Origin: Neoconidiobolus thromboides FSU 785
Taxonomy: Eukaryota; Fungi; Entomophthoromycota
Assembly (NCBI GenBank): GCA_025603075.1
Contig: MU626258.1
Coordinates: forward strand, 259,457-323,456
Direction of reading: 5' to 3'
DNA: 64,000 nucleotides
The position numbers and the translations under genes were made by a program. Shown piece by piece: positions 43,895-59,378 of the stretch. Under the pieces are notes generated by a model, which did not search any database, was not told the DNA's origin, and saw nothing but the letters and a program-made list of their open reading frames with translations. The number at the start of each line of letters is the position of its first letter. Within the stretch, counting starts at the first letter, position 1.

Positions 43895-46800
43895 ATGAGT
43901 AGTTTGCCAGTCTATTTACAAGCGGAATTATCCACTTTATCCAATGAAGCGAGACGTAAATTTCCTGAAATAAAAGAAGTAAGCTTCATTTTTCCAATAA
44001 ATGGCCTCAATTTAAAGCCTTCATTACCTTTCTTTAGGCATGTGAAAAAGTGATTATGATAATGAGGATAACAAAGGATAGAACAGCGAATGAGATAGCT
44101 GAAGGTAAAAACAAATAAATAGAGACGTCAAAAAAAAGAATTAAATAAACAATGTTCTGCAGACTTAGCTAAAACAGAAGAAACCTTAAAGCCCATTTAT
44201 TTGGCATGTAATAGTAAGATGCCAAAACTGATTTCAATAGCTATTGCTTGTTTACAAAAACTGATATTACATAAAGCGGTACCAGAGGTAATATCATCAC
44301 TTGATTTCAATCCCAAATGATGAAAAACTAATCGATTTTTATTCTTTTTTACATTAAAATGATAGAAATCTATTGGCAATATATTAAAAGTATTATCTGA
44401 GATATTAAACCATAACATTGAAGTACAACTAAGAGTATTACAAACAGTATTACCTTTATTAACGAATTATGATAACATTCAAGGGGAATTATTGAATTCG
44501 GTAAATTTATTAATCACTAACTAACATATTTTGTATTAATATTACTTGTTTTATTACATTTTAATAATAGGCCTTATTAATTTGTTTTCGCTTACAAGAA
44601 TCCAAAGTATCTGTCGTTAATAATACAGCAGCAGCTACTTTAAGACAGTTATTAATTATTATCTTTGATAAAAAAATCAAATTCTCGAATTTAGACCATT
44701 TAAATTATGATAAAGATATATTAGATAAAAGCATTGAACATGGTAAGCTAATCTATTTTATTATATATTATTTATGATTAATATTTTTTATATTCAAGAT
44801 ATACAAACTTTAGTATCTTGTTTATCACCTGATGCTAAAGATGCTTATTTTTTATTCCAAGTAAGCTTTATATTATTATAACATACTCTATTTGTTTATT
44901 CTTATACTGAATATTTAGGATTTATGTTATATGACAAATGGAGAAGCACCTTTATTATTAAAATTGAATTCTTTAAATCGTACTTTTGGGTTAGAATTAA
45001 TTGAATCGGTACTTACCAATCAAATTAAAGTATTTCAAGTGGTAAGTTAATTTAAATATCAAGAAACTATTATAAATATCAATACAATAATTTATTATTA
45101 TTATAGTATCCAGAATTTACTGCTTTATTAAGAGAAAAATTATGTCCGTTAATAATTCGTTCCTTTTCCGAAAAAGGAGATTTTCCACAAACAACACGTA
45201 TAATGAGATTGGTGTTTTTAATAATTCGATTGTTTAATCATGTTTTGGTAATATTTATGTATTCTCAACTAATAATTATAATAAACTAAGTTTTGAATTT
45301 TCATCCAATTAGGTAATGGAATGTGAAATCTTTATTTCTATGTTATTAAAAGCGCTAGAAAGCGATAATATATTATGGCATCGAGTATTAGCAGCCGAAG
45401 TTATTAAGGGTATATGTAATGATTTTAGATTATTAAAATCCATTTATAAAGGCTATGACAGAGATACTTCATCCGATGGAAGTTCCAACTTATTTCGAGA
45501 TATAATTAATATATTAAATAAGCTAATTAATGAAAATCCAATGCAATTTAGAAATTTAATGAATTCAAATTCATTATCTTTAGAATTAAATCAGGCTAAT
45601 TCTCAATCAAATTCAATTGATCAGAATGTGTTTTCAGTCAATAATTCGGCTATGAAAATACAATGGTAATCTACTTTGTTTATATTTAGGCTAGCTATTT
45701 TTAATTATTATTTTTATTATTAGTATCGATTTGTTAGATAAAGCAGATGCTCCTAATATACCCTCTGGTTATATGTTGTTTATAGCTTTAAATTCGATAG
45801 AATCCATAATTAATGGATTATGTATGGATATAATACCCAATTTTAGAAGAACAGATAATAATAATAATAGTAATATTAATAATAACAATATTAATAGTAA
45901 TATAGCAACTGACAGTAACGAAAGTATGGAGCCATATGATAAATCTTTATTTTTAATTGAAAACAATAATGACAATATGTTAATTAAAGAAATGGTCAAA
46001 TTATCTTGGACTGGTATGTTAGCTGGATTAAGTTTTTTAGCTAAATTACCCATGGATAAAGTATTGACTTTATTAGTAGTTGATTGTTTAAAAAATTTTA
46101 CTTTAATTACAGCTTTATTCCAATTAAATGATGCAAGAGATGCTTTTTTATCGTGTTTATCTCAACATTCTTATCCTTATTCGAACACCATTTTATTAGA
46201 TAAATCATCTTTTAATAATAGTGATAATAATAATTATTTATCTAATATTTATAGTCCTTCTATGAGTAATGCTTCTATTCCTATTATTACAGAAAGACAT
46301 GTAATGTTTTTGAAATCTATTTTGTATATTGCGAGTAAATTAAGTGATGTATTAGAGCAATCTTGGTTGACTATTTTGGAAACATTACAAACAATTCAGC
46401 ATTTATTACAAACATCTTTTAAAAGCGGAGGACATAAAGTAAGTTCATATTCGACTAAAGAAGAACATTTATTTTTTGGTAAAGATAAATTAAATGAAAT
46501 GGAAATCAATTTATTACAATCAGATATCAAATTGTTTTTTGAAAATGTTAAATATTTAAATGAAGAAAGTTATAATTGTTTTATTACTTGTTTAATTAAA
46601 TTGGCAGCTGAATCGAATGGTAATAAATTCATTGATTTAGAATATATCAAAAAAGAAAAGGAATTAAATGAAGAAAAGCAATTATTATCATCGTCATCAT
46701 CAGTATCAATAAAAACAAATTTAAGGTCCGAAGAATCCTTATTTTCAGTAGAACAATTAAGATCAGTATGTTTATCTTCAATGCCTCGGTTAATTAATCA

Positions 46801-47531
46801 AGAAGATCATCAATTATGGGATTTAATTTTAAATAATTTAATTAATATGGCTAATAAAGATAGTACTAATTTCGGTATTCGTACACAAATATGTGAAACA
46901 ATCTCTGACTTAATATTAACTGGTATGAATTGTGCTGCTTCTTTAAGATTAGATACTAATAAAAGATTACAATTTCAAATGGTATTACCTTTAGCTCAAT
47001 TAATGGGGATTGAAAAATATCAATTGATTAAAGAATCAACACCAATTCATGCTATTTTACAAAAATGTGCTTTAGAAATTTTAGATAAGCTATTGCATAA
47101 TTCAGGCCATTCATTTACTTATTGTTGGAATATTGTATTTGATATACTTTTATTTGCTTGTCCAGAAAATTTCAATTCAGATCTTTCAATTAACAATACA
47201 TATTCTATTATGGAAGAAACAGATCATTCTAGCATTAGTTCTAATAGTCGAAATATACCGTCCATTAAATTAGTTCGAATTGCTTTCCCTTGTCTACAAC
47301 TAATTTGTACTGATTTTTTACCTCCTTTACCCTTAGATTGTTTATTTAATTGCATTATTACTGTTTCTAGATTTGGATTACAATTAGAAGACTTAAACAC
47401 AAGTTTAACTAGTATTTCTATGTTATGGAATGTTTTAGATTTTATTCAAAAATCATTGGATAATAATAAGTTGGAATTACAATTACAAGATAAAAAATTA
47501 GATTTTTTAGAATTTGAAATTATTGATTTTG

Positions 47532-47576
<45 letters not shown>

Positions 47577-49867
47577 TAGGCATAATGTTAAGTCAATTGT
47601 ATTTATTAACATTAAACCAACTAACTAAAATGGGATTAGATTCACGACCAGAAGTAAGAAATGGAGCTATACAAACACTATTTCGAACAATTAATAATAA
47701 TGGACAAAATATACCATTAATTTTATGGAATACAATAATATGGAAAATACTATATTCATTTGTTGATAAAGTTAATTTGTATTATTCTAAAGCATGTTCA
47801 ACAACAGCAGATAAAATGCCTGAGTTTTCGGATATGATGTTTCACCATTCTAGAAATACAGCACAAAAACAATGGGATGAAACAAGAGTATTAATAATTC
47901 ATGGATTAACTAATTTATATAAAGAATTTTTGGGTTGCTTGATTAATAGTTATCAGTTTTTAGAAGGATGGAAATTAATGTTAATTTATTTAAAAGAAGC
48001 TATTTTAATGGATTCTTATGAAGTTTCTTTATGTTCTGTTAAAGCATTTAATAAACTGTTTATGAAAAACGAAAACTTCAATCAGCTAAATAAGGAGATT
48101 ATAAAAGAAATATGGTTATCAGGTTGGATAATATGGAAACAATTAGGTATTGAAATATGTAATAAAGATGAAATAAATGTTAAAATAACACCATTATGTG
48201 CTCCAATAGCACTACAAAAAGAAGGGGAAGTAATAACAGCATTATTAGAACCCATATTATTACCTAAAGTGCAACGAATTCAACAAAATGTATTTGTATG
48301 CTATATAGAAATATACTCATTATTATTAAATCAATTACAATTAAATGATTTTAATAAGAATGATTTTAATGAATTATTTTTAATATTTTACAATATTATT
48401 AGCTATGATTCCTATGATGAGCTTATTAATGATATTAACAATTGTTCTCAGCTACAAATTCAATTTATTAAAATTATTGAGAGATTACAAAAAGATGGTA
48501 ATTTACAATTAAAATTATTTTTATTACAACATTTACCAAAATTTGGTTTATTGTCAATTGATGAAAATCAATTAATAGATAATAATGATAATAATAATAA
48601 AGGAAATAATAATAGAGGAAATAATTATGTTAAATTAAGTTGTTTAATATTAGAAATAATTGGTAATATTTTTCCAGATGTTTCAGATCAAGACAAACTA
48701 TATGAAGATATTAATATATTAAAGAATGTTTATAATATAATAGAAACTGTACTAAAACAAAAATATCAATTAATGGATGAAATTCGTACTAATAATAATA
48801 ATCAATTAATTCGATGGAAATTAAGTAATAAATTATATAATCAATTGAATGAAGAAATATTTAATTTTATAATTAAAAATTCCATTAATGAAGATAATGA
48901 ATTTCAATTATTGACTAAAATATTAAATATTGCAAATGAGTTTTTTAAAAAGGGTCAATTTATACAAACTCAATTATCAATTCAACAATTAGAACTGGAT
49001 GAGAAATTAGAAATGGAAACATTAATTTTATTATTTAAAAATTATATTAAATTATTTCAAAAAAAAGAAAACAAGATTAAGGAAGATAAATTACTGTTGA
49101 AATTTATTAATTTGTTTTTTGAGATTTCTATTATGGATTTGAACTCAACTAGTCAAGGAGAGTTACCTTTACCTCTTCCTATTTTGATTAAAGAACAATT
49201 ATCTTTTTTAGCATTAAGATGTTTAATTTCAATTTGTATGGATGAAGAAAAGAGTAAGTATATAACAATCAATAATATATAATAATATTAACTATTAATA
49301 ATAGGGACATTATTAATTCATGCTAAAGAAGAAAAGCAAGTAAATAATATTAATAAAACGGAAGATTCAGATGAAGAAGAAGAAGAATTCAATTTGAATT
49401 TAAATTTTAAATTGATTTTTGAAATGAAAATACCCAATAATTTGAAAAAACTAGCTGCTCCAATTTTACTAGAAAGATGCTATATTATATTAAATCGATT
49501 TTCAACTTCTATCCCGACATTCGGAAAAAGACCTTTACCTAGGTATTTATTTTATTTATTATAATCAATAACTAATTGTATAACTTTTATTAACATTATT
49601 AGATTACAAAGAGACGAAATTTTATTTTTATTACGTCATTTAAGTGAATTAGAATTACCAATGAATACATTTGAAAATTTTAATAATTTAAAATTCATAT
49701 CAACAAATGATAATGCTACCAATTTACAATATTTCAATTCAAAAACACCTCACTTATTTTTATTTTATCCTTGCTTAATTGATATATTAAATTGTAAAGA
49801 TGCAGCTATTGTAGATAGAGTAGCTATTTGTTTAAAAAAAATTGGAAGTCAATTAGGTTTGTTGTAG
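43895..49867 (+). CDS. MON2: Mon2/Ysl2 (Sec7-related ARF-GEF-like endosome/TGN protein)
   Basis: LQAELSTLSNEARRKFPEIKEACEK, FGLELIESVL, CIDLLDKADAP, DSRPEVRNGAIQTLF, HHSRNTAQKQWDET, HLFLFYPCL. Confidence 0.95.
47534..47575 (+). repeat. (AAT)n coding poly-Asn tract (14 N) in MON2
   Basis: Direct reading. Confidence 0.95.
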
Positions 49868-50093
49868 AATTGAAGGGAGAAAAAAGAGAGAATAGGAGAT
49901 ATAATGAAATTGATGAGAATAATAAAGTACATACTAAAATTTTAAATGTTCAATTTTTTAATGTTAATTTATAAAATGAAAATTTCAATTTATTAAATAT
50001 AAAAATAAATAAAATGATTATTAAATTAAAAAGAGAAACTGAGTTCCAATTAAAATAAAGAAGAATAAAGAATAAGATGGAAGAAATGAATAT

Positions 50094-52387
<2,294 letters not shown>

Positions 52388-52662
52388 TTTTCTTTTAATA
52401 AAAATAATATCTAATTGAAAACTAATCTAAAAGTTTAATTAAATTTTTTTATTTTATTTTTATCCGTGACTGTTTTTAGGATTTACGTTAACAAATAGCT
52501 CCACCAATCAAGTGCATTTAAATTTTCAGTTAATCAACTTGAATTATTTGAAAAAAAACTAAGCCAAAAAAATATATAATTCAAAAATTCCATTCAAAAA
52601 AAGCAATTCATTTAAATTATACATAAAAAGAACTTTCAAATTTATTATCCCAAAAAAGAGCT

Positions 52663-53900
52663 TTAAAGTGAGTGTTTTTGATTTGGCATACCTAACTCAA
52701 TCAACTTATTAAATGCAACAGCAAAATCTTTAAAGAATCTTTCTTTATCATTAGCATATAATTCGACCCATTCTCTCCAAGGTTGTTCTAATAAAGCCAT
52801 ATCAGTAGGTAACATCATTAATTCTTTATCTTCATTTTCAAATTGTTCAGGTCCATTCCATTCTCTTTTAGTCCATTTTTGACGTAATAATTGAATGAAG
52901 CTAATTAAATAAAAAAAACATATTTGTTAATTGTACTATAATAAAAATTCACACGTCACATATTATAAAGAGAAGCTTACTATTGATTAGAAAATCGAAT
53001 TGGGTTGACTACCCATTTACCATCGTAACCTGAACGATCAGTATGACAACGACCTCTAGAAATAAAATAAATATATTACACAGTAAATTAGCTTGAGTTT
53101 CAACTTACAACACATGACAACCAATAAGAACTACTGTTTCTTGAATTGAAAATGGCATAGCTTTACAAAATACATCTTTAATATGTTCAGTACCTTGAGA
53201 AGCATCAGGTAAACGTCCATGCATTGGGCATAGATCTTTACTTTTAAGATCTGGGCGACCTAAATCAATAAAGAAGAGAAGATCAGTATACTGATTGGGC
53301 TAATCATAAGTCAATAAAACTAACCTGGTCTCCATGGAATAATTGGACCTTTCATATGTTCAATAGAAACAGCACCAGCTAAACTAAATAAATTAAGAAA
53401 ATTAAATATTAGTAAAATCAATAGAATATTTACGTCCATAAATCCGCTTTTGTTATCCAATTATGTTTTTGATAAATAGGTTCTAATTTCTATATAGTTT
53501 TATATAGATTAATATTTATTACTTTACTTTACATATTATTAAATAACTACTTACTTCAATAGCAATATGTAAACCAGCATTAGCAGGGTCATTAGTAGTC
53601 ATACTCATCATACCAGTACATGAACCACCAGGTACTTTATCGCTTTGGAAATAAGTACCACTTACATGCCAAGCTGAATAAGTTTTATTAATATTTTATT
53701 ACAAAGACAGCAAGTAATATATTTACCTAAACGTACAAATAAAGGACCATAACTACCATCTATTATTTCCAATATATTAAATTATAAATTATTTTATCTG
53801 ATGTAAATAGCTGGTGCTTACCTTCGTAATCTGTATTATTAGTCAAAAAATCAATGATATCTTTTTTGACAGGTATATATTTTTCAGGGAATTTATACAT
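52663..53900 (-). CDS. Class I heme peroxidase, cytochrome c peroxidase 2 (CCP2)-like, no mitochondrial presequence
   Basis: Distal RLAWHVSG, DPANAGL, proximal [30 protein letters not shown]; 6 coding introns. Confidence 0.92.
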
Positions 53901-55434
53901 CTATAGTTTGGAATTTAACATTAGTTGTTTTATCCTTATATAAAATCTATAATATTTGACTTAACTCACCTTGAATCTAATATTTATTGATGAATAGGTT
54001 GATAAAAGATAATCTTTATTTATAGTTTATTTATTAAAATCTCATCTATTCTTTAAATAATTTAATTAACCAATTAAAGCTAGAATTGATACATGTCCTA
54101 TTTTCAAGCTTAAGCGATCATAAATTGATACCAATCAAATTTATATTATTGAATCTTAAACTCCGTTAATATCGAAAACATTGGTTCTATAATTTACATG
54201 TGATTTTGATGCTTTTAACTTAAATTATTGAAAATTGAATAAAGTGAGGTGTTTTTTATTGATCAAGTTAAGCAGCGAATTTTTGGAATTTGGAATTTTT
54301 CAAGATAGCTGAAAACTGGGAGGTATTAAAAATAAGAAAATTAATTAGCATATATAGCAACTATGCTTTTTTACTTTACAAAAAACGATGAATCAGAAAA
54401 ACAGAAAATAATAGAATCTAATCTTCTAACAACTACAAGCACAAGACATTTATATTTAAAATAGCTTGTGTTATTTTGATAATCCTAATTGTTACAACTT
54501 TAGTGCTGAAAAAATAGCAAGGAAAATTAATAAAGGAAAAACAGAGGGTTTCAAAGATCTATTGACAATAAACAAACATCTTTATGAACAAAATAAAGTC
54601 AAAGTTTTTTAGACTTACAAAATATGTCTCAAACTTAATATTTATTTTATTCTATTCAAATATGATCTCGAAAATATATAAAAGATTGTGTCTAGTAAAT
54701 ATAGATTTTAAAAAAACCCTTACTTAAGTATCTTTTAAGCCTAGCTTGTAAAATAAAATAAAATAAAACTTTAAAGTATATGTCAAAAATTAATAGACTT
54801 TTTTATTTTTAATACTGCCTTGTTCTTGGATTATTAAATGGTTTCAACAGTTTTTTTTCCTATTTTGTCTATTTTGCTTGTTTTTGTTAAACACATTGAT
54901 GTATCAATAATTCTTAACCCTTTCATTATTGACAAATTCAGTTTTTTTATTTCATCATCTGATTTTACTCTGTGTGAAATATCGCTCTGTCACCCCCATG
55001 ATTGATTATAGTATAATAACTATTTAAGTTGTTATGCTCTCGAGTTTAGAGATAATCAATCCCATGCTCTTATTTTTATTTACCATGAGAATTCCTAGCT
55101 TCATTCCAAAAAATACTATCCCTCGTTTTGATATCCATACTTGTCAGAATATAAAAGAGATTTTAGAATATAGTAGCTCGAGACTTTTTGACTGAATTAT
55201 TCCCTAATATCTCATACATTTAACAAAGCCACTAAATTTTCTCAATAGTATTTTACATAGATTTACAGTAGTATTGTCTATTCTATTTGTCTTACATAGT
55301 TCGTAGCCTATTACATGCTGTTCTCTATGATTCAATTCTATCTTAGTCATACAAACTAAGACCTTTCGACTTACAGTGTAGTCAACCAGACAATAGCTGT
55401 TTTTGACTCTAATCACTGAGCACTAGATTTCACA

Positions 55435-55515
55435 GTTTCATCACTTTTCCATTTTTTAAGCGCTATTTGAGAAGAAAAATTATTAGTAAAATTCCTAAAT
55501 AAAAAATACATTTCC
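55435..55515. mobile_element. MITE-like copy (one end missing)
   Basis: tttcatcacttttccattttttaagcgctatttga...aatacatttcc. Confidence 0.8.
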
Positions 55516-55804
55516 ATTATTTGAATTATTAATAACTAAGTTGATAAATAGTCAAAAGGCAAGTAGTTGTAATAATAAATGAAAACTATTATTATATTGT
55601 TTGTATTATATAAAAATGATTAATTGTAGTTTTATGACCAATCGTTTTCTCCTATGTAGTTATTTGTTAATTTATTTACTTGATAGCAAATCTGCAATGT
55701 TGACTATAGAAGTTGATAATAAATATTTTTTAATAAGGTTTTATAGGGGAATATGTATTTATTTACATATGATAACTTTGACTAATATCAATATATCAAT
55801 ATAT

Positions 55805-55902
55805 GGGGATGTATTTTTGTATTTAAGAATTTTACTAACGATTTTTCCGCCCAAATAGCGCTTAAAAAATGGAAAAAACAATGAAGCCAAAAAAACACCC
55901 TC
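55805..55902. mobile_element. MITE-like element, full copy
   Basis: atat|GGGGATGTA...AACACCCTC|atat. Confidence 0.9.
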
Positions 55903-56073
55903 ATATAGTCTATATATTAGTAAAAGCCTTGCTAATCTAGAAATTTTTATTAAATCTAAAAATTCTGCTAACTTGCAACATAAATTATAATAAAATAGTT
56001 TAAACCCGTTGGGTACTTTTACTTTTTAATGAAGAATTTATTTTTATAAAATTTTAAATAGTTTTTAAACTAT

Positions 56074-56220
56074 GGGTATGTATTTTTTTGTTTAGGAATT
56101 TTACTAATAATCTTTACACTCTCATATAATTTTTTTTTTAGTTCTACCACTTCATTTTTTTCAAATACTATTCAATTGTAAAGATTATTAGTAAAATTCT
56201 TAAACAAAAAGTACACCCTC
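56074..56220. mobile_element. Inverted pair of MITE derivatives (arms 56074-56118 / 56177-56220)
   Basis: About 45-bp inverted repeat made of two MITE ends. Confidence 0.8.
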
Positions 56221-56693
56221 ATAATGATAAAAAATACGATCCTAATTTTTAAAAATTAAAATCAATTTTAATTTACTAAAAAAGGAAGGCATTTTAAGGG
56301 CTTTAAACTATGTAAAGGAGTATAAATATGGGGTTACTGTTATGAAAAAAAAACTTATATGTTAAACAACTATATCTTAATAATGAAGCAGAGTAACTTT
56401 CAAACAATACCAATTTCAGCGTCTTATTCTTAATTCTGTATATAGTCAATTTTGCTTAAAAGTGTACTTGTTTCAACAAAAATTCAAAATTGCCGGAGAA
56501 AATAAATCCAATTGAATTACCTCAAAAATAAGCTCCGAATATTGAAAAAGATCAATAATTGTTAAGTTTTTAAAAAATGGTTGAAAAATAAGGGACAAGT
56601 GATATAGGAGAGATCGAATCAATAAGTATAAAAAGATAATCAATATAAATATTCAGAAACTTCAGGTTTCTTTTATTAAATTCAATATACAAA

Positions 56694-58184
56694 ATGTCAT
56701 TGGAATTTAGTTGGGAAGAGTTAGCCAAACATAATACTCAAGAATCACTCTACATCGCTGTTAGAGGAAAAGTAATAAAAATCAAACTTCAATTATAAAT
56801 GAAAATATTAATACTAATATTAATATTAATACTAATACTAATACTAATACTAATAGTCTTTAATATTTAGGTTTATGATGTAACCAAATTTATTAAATAT
56901 CATCCAGGAGGTTATGAAACCTTATTAGTCGGTGGTGGTAGAGACTGTACTATTGTATTCGAAACTTATCATCAATATGAACAATTAGTGAAAGTATTAC
57001 AAAAATATGAAATTGGTACATTGGTTAGTAACGAATTACCAACATTTCCAAAACCTAATAAATTTCAAATGGAATTAAAAGATAAAGTTTATGATTATTT
57101 TCAACAAAATAAGAAAGATGAAAAGACAGTCAATTTATTAATAAGATATGGCTGGATTTATACAGGCTTATTATTCAGTTATTATTATTCATTAAGTAAT
57201 GCAAATAATATTTATGTTTCAATGTTATTTAGTCTATCCCTTGGTTTCTTTTGTGCTCAAGTTGGATTACATCCATTACACGATAGTTCTCATTTTGCTA
57301 TTACTCATAATCCAACGATATGGAAAGTATTAGGTTTAACACATGATTTATTTAATGGATGTTCTAATTTAGTATGGATTTATCAACATATGTTAGGACA
57401 TCATCCTTACACAAATATTCCTAATGCTGATCCTGATATTTCAGTCAATGATCCTGATGTAAGACGTATTTTACCACAACAAGAATATTTAGAAAAATAC
57501 ATTGGACAAGAAAGATATGTACCTTTGTTATACGGCTTTTTAGCAGTAAAAACAAGACTTCAAGATATTTTAATTGTTTATTTTGAGAAAAAGAATTCAT
57601 CTATACGTATTAATCCATTAACATTGACTCAACATTTGACTTTTTGGTTTGGTAAATTCTTTTTTGTATTTTATCGTATTATTTTGCCCTATTTCATTGT
57701 TGGTATGAATCAGATGATAATTAATTTAATTCTAAGTGATATGGTAGCTAGTTATTGGTTAGCTATTACTTTTCAAGTGAATCATGTGACTAGTACTTTA
57801 GAATATATTGAAATGGAAAATAATGATAAATTAATTCAAATGGATTGGGCTGAGATGCAATTTAAAACAACTCAAGATTATTCTCATGAATCAAATTTCT
57901 GGACTACTTTTACTGGTGGTTTAAATTATCAAACAATTCATCATATTTTTCCTAACATTCATCAAGCTTATTATCCACAATTATCAGCATTAATTCAAAG
58001 TGTTTGTAAAAAGCATGGAGTAGAATATATTGTTCAAGTAAGATTGAACTTATTATTTTTATTTACTTTTTTATTTATCTTTTTATTTTTTTAGGAGGAT
58101 TTTACAACTGCATTTAAATCTCATATTGATCTTTTAAAGCAACTAGGTATTTCTAAAGATTTTATTAAAATTAAATCAAATTAA
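56694..58184 (+). CDS. Front-end delta-5 fatty acid desaturase (cytochrome b5 fusion)
   Basis: b5 HPGG; His boxes HDSSH, QHMLGHH, QTIHHIFP; HHPYTNIPNADPD and DWAEMQFKTTQDY as in Mortierella-type delta-5; 2 introns. Confidence 0.92.
56805..56856. repeat. (AATA[CT]T)n repeat in desaturase intron 1
   Basis: Direct reading. Confidence 0.85.
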
Positions 58185-58281
58185 AAAAGTAAAAATCATT
58201 TTATTCTATTGAATTTAAAAAATACATTTTTCAAATAAAAACTATTAAAATGACTACTAGATATCAAAATAAGTATATAAT

Positions 58282-58381
58282 GGTGTTGTGTTCTTTTGGT
58301 TTCATCATTTTTTTCCATTTTTAAGCACTATTTAAGTAAAAAAGCTATTAATAAGATCCTTAAACAAAAAAATATATCCCC
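58282..58381. mobile_element. MITE-like element copy
   Basis: Core aagcactattt; end tatatcccc|atat. Confidence 0.82.
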
Positions 58382-58558
58382 ATATAGTTTTTTGAACTTG
58401 ATTAAATTAAATTTTATATATAAGTAAATGTTTTAAAAATTAACTTATTTAGGTACAAATAATTATGATTTTATAAATAATAAACTTTTTCAATATAAAA
58501 CAAAAGGTTAATTATTGAGGTGAAAGTATAAACACATTATTTTCTGATAACGTTATAT

Positions 58559-58654
58559 GGGGATGTTTTTTTGGCTCCATTATTTTTTCTATCTTAAGCG
58601 CTATTTGAGTGGAAAATTTGTTAATAAAATTCTTAAATACAAAAATATATCCCC
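58559..58654. mobile_element. MITE-like element, full copy
   Basis: atat|GGGGATGTTTT...tatatCCCC|attt. Confidence 0.88.
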
Positions 58655-58914
58655 ATTTAATTTTAGAGTTTTTTTAAATTTAAAAAAAATTAGAAATACT
58701 TTTAAACAATTATTAATATAAAAATAGTTTAACTAAACTTCAAAAATTAGTAAAATTTTGAACATTGATATAATTAAGTATTTAATATCCTTTTATTAAA
58801 AAAATTAGACCAAAAATAATTAAAACTTCAGCTATTAACCATTAATCAAGAACATAAAGTAACTTTAAAAATCGATTTTCTCATGTCCAATTTTCTAAAT
58901 ATTAAAAATTAGAT

Positions 58915-59012
58915 CTAAGACATTTTTTTGTTTAACAATTTTACTAATAGTTTTTCTACCCAAATAGCACTTAAAAAATGGAAAAACTGATGAAATCAAA
59001 AAAAACACCCCC
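58915..59012. mobile_element. MITE-like copy (left TIR decayed)
   Basis: caaatagcacttaaaaaatgg...aacaccccc|atat. Confidence 0.8.
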
Positions 59013-59279
59013 ATATACTATAATAAGTTTATTATAGTGATATGAAAATATTATTATTATTGGTATTATATAAGAATAAAAATTAGGCTATTTATTATAC
59101 TTTAAATAAAGTTAGGTTAATAGTAGAAACTAGCTAATTTTAGAGTTTATTTAAGTTTGAACTAAGCTTTTAAACTAACCTATATAAAACGAATTAACAT
59201 ATAGTTGAGGTTGACCATACCCTTGTTAAAACGTGAAGTATTATAAATTGTTTATAAATCTAGGTTGCCATGACAATAT

Positions 59280-59378
59280 GGGGATGTATTTTTGTGTTTA
59301 AAGATTTTGCTAACAATTTTCCCACTCAAATAGGGCTTAAAAGATGGAAGAAGTAATGGAAACAAAAAAGACATCCTT
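59280..59378. mobile_element. MITE-like element, full copy
   Basis: atat|GGGGATGTA...ACATCCTT|atat. Confidence 0.88.

Noticed and set aside
45769-46053. Minus-strand ORF in MON2, and ORFs 62964-63281, 63332-63541 and 63455-63688
   Set aside because: Shadows of real CDSs.
52663-52680. Possible PTS1 on the peroxidase (ends KHSL)
   Set aside because: HSL does not match the [SAC][KRH][LM] consensus, and no alternative splice giving SKL was found.
54900-55416. Slightly GC-richer stretch with ORF 55204-55416
   Set aside because: No recognisable motif; stops in all frames; unassignable.
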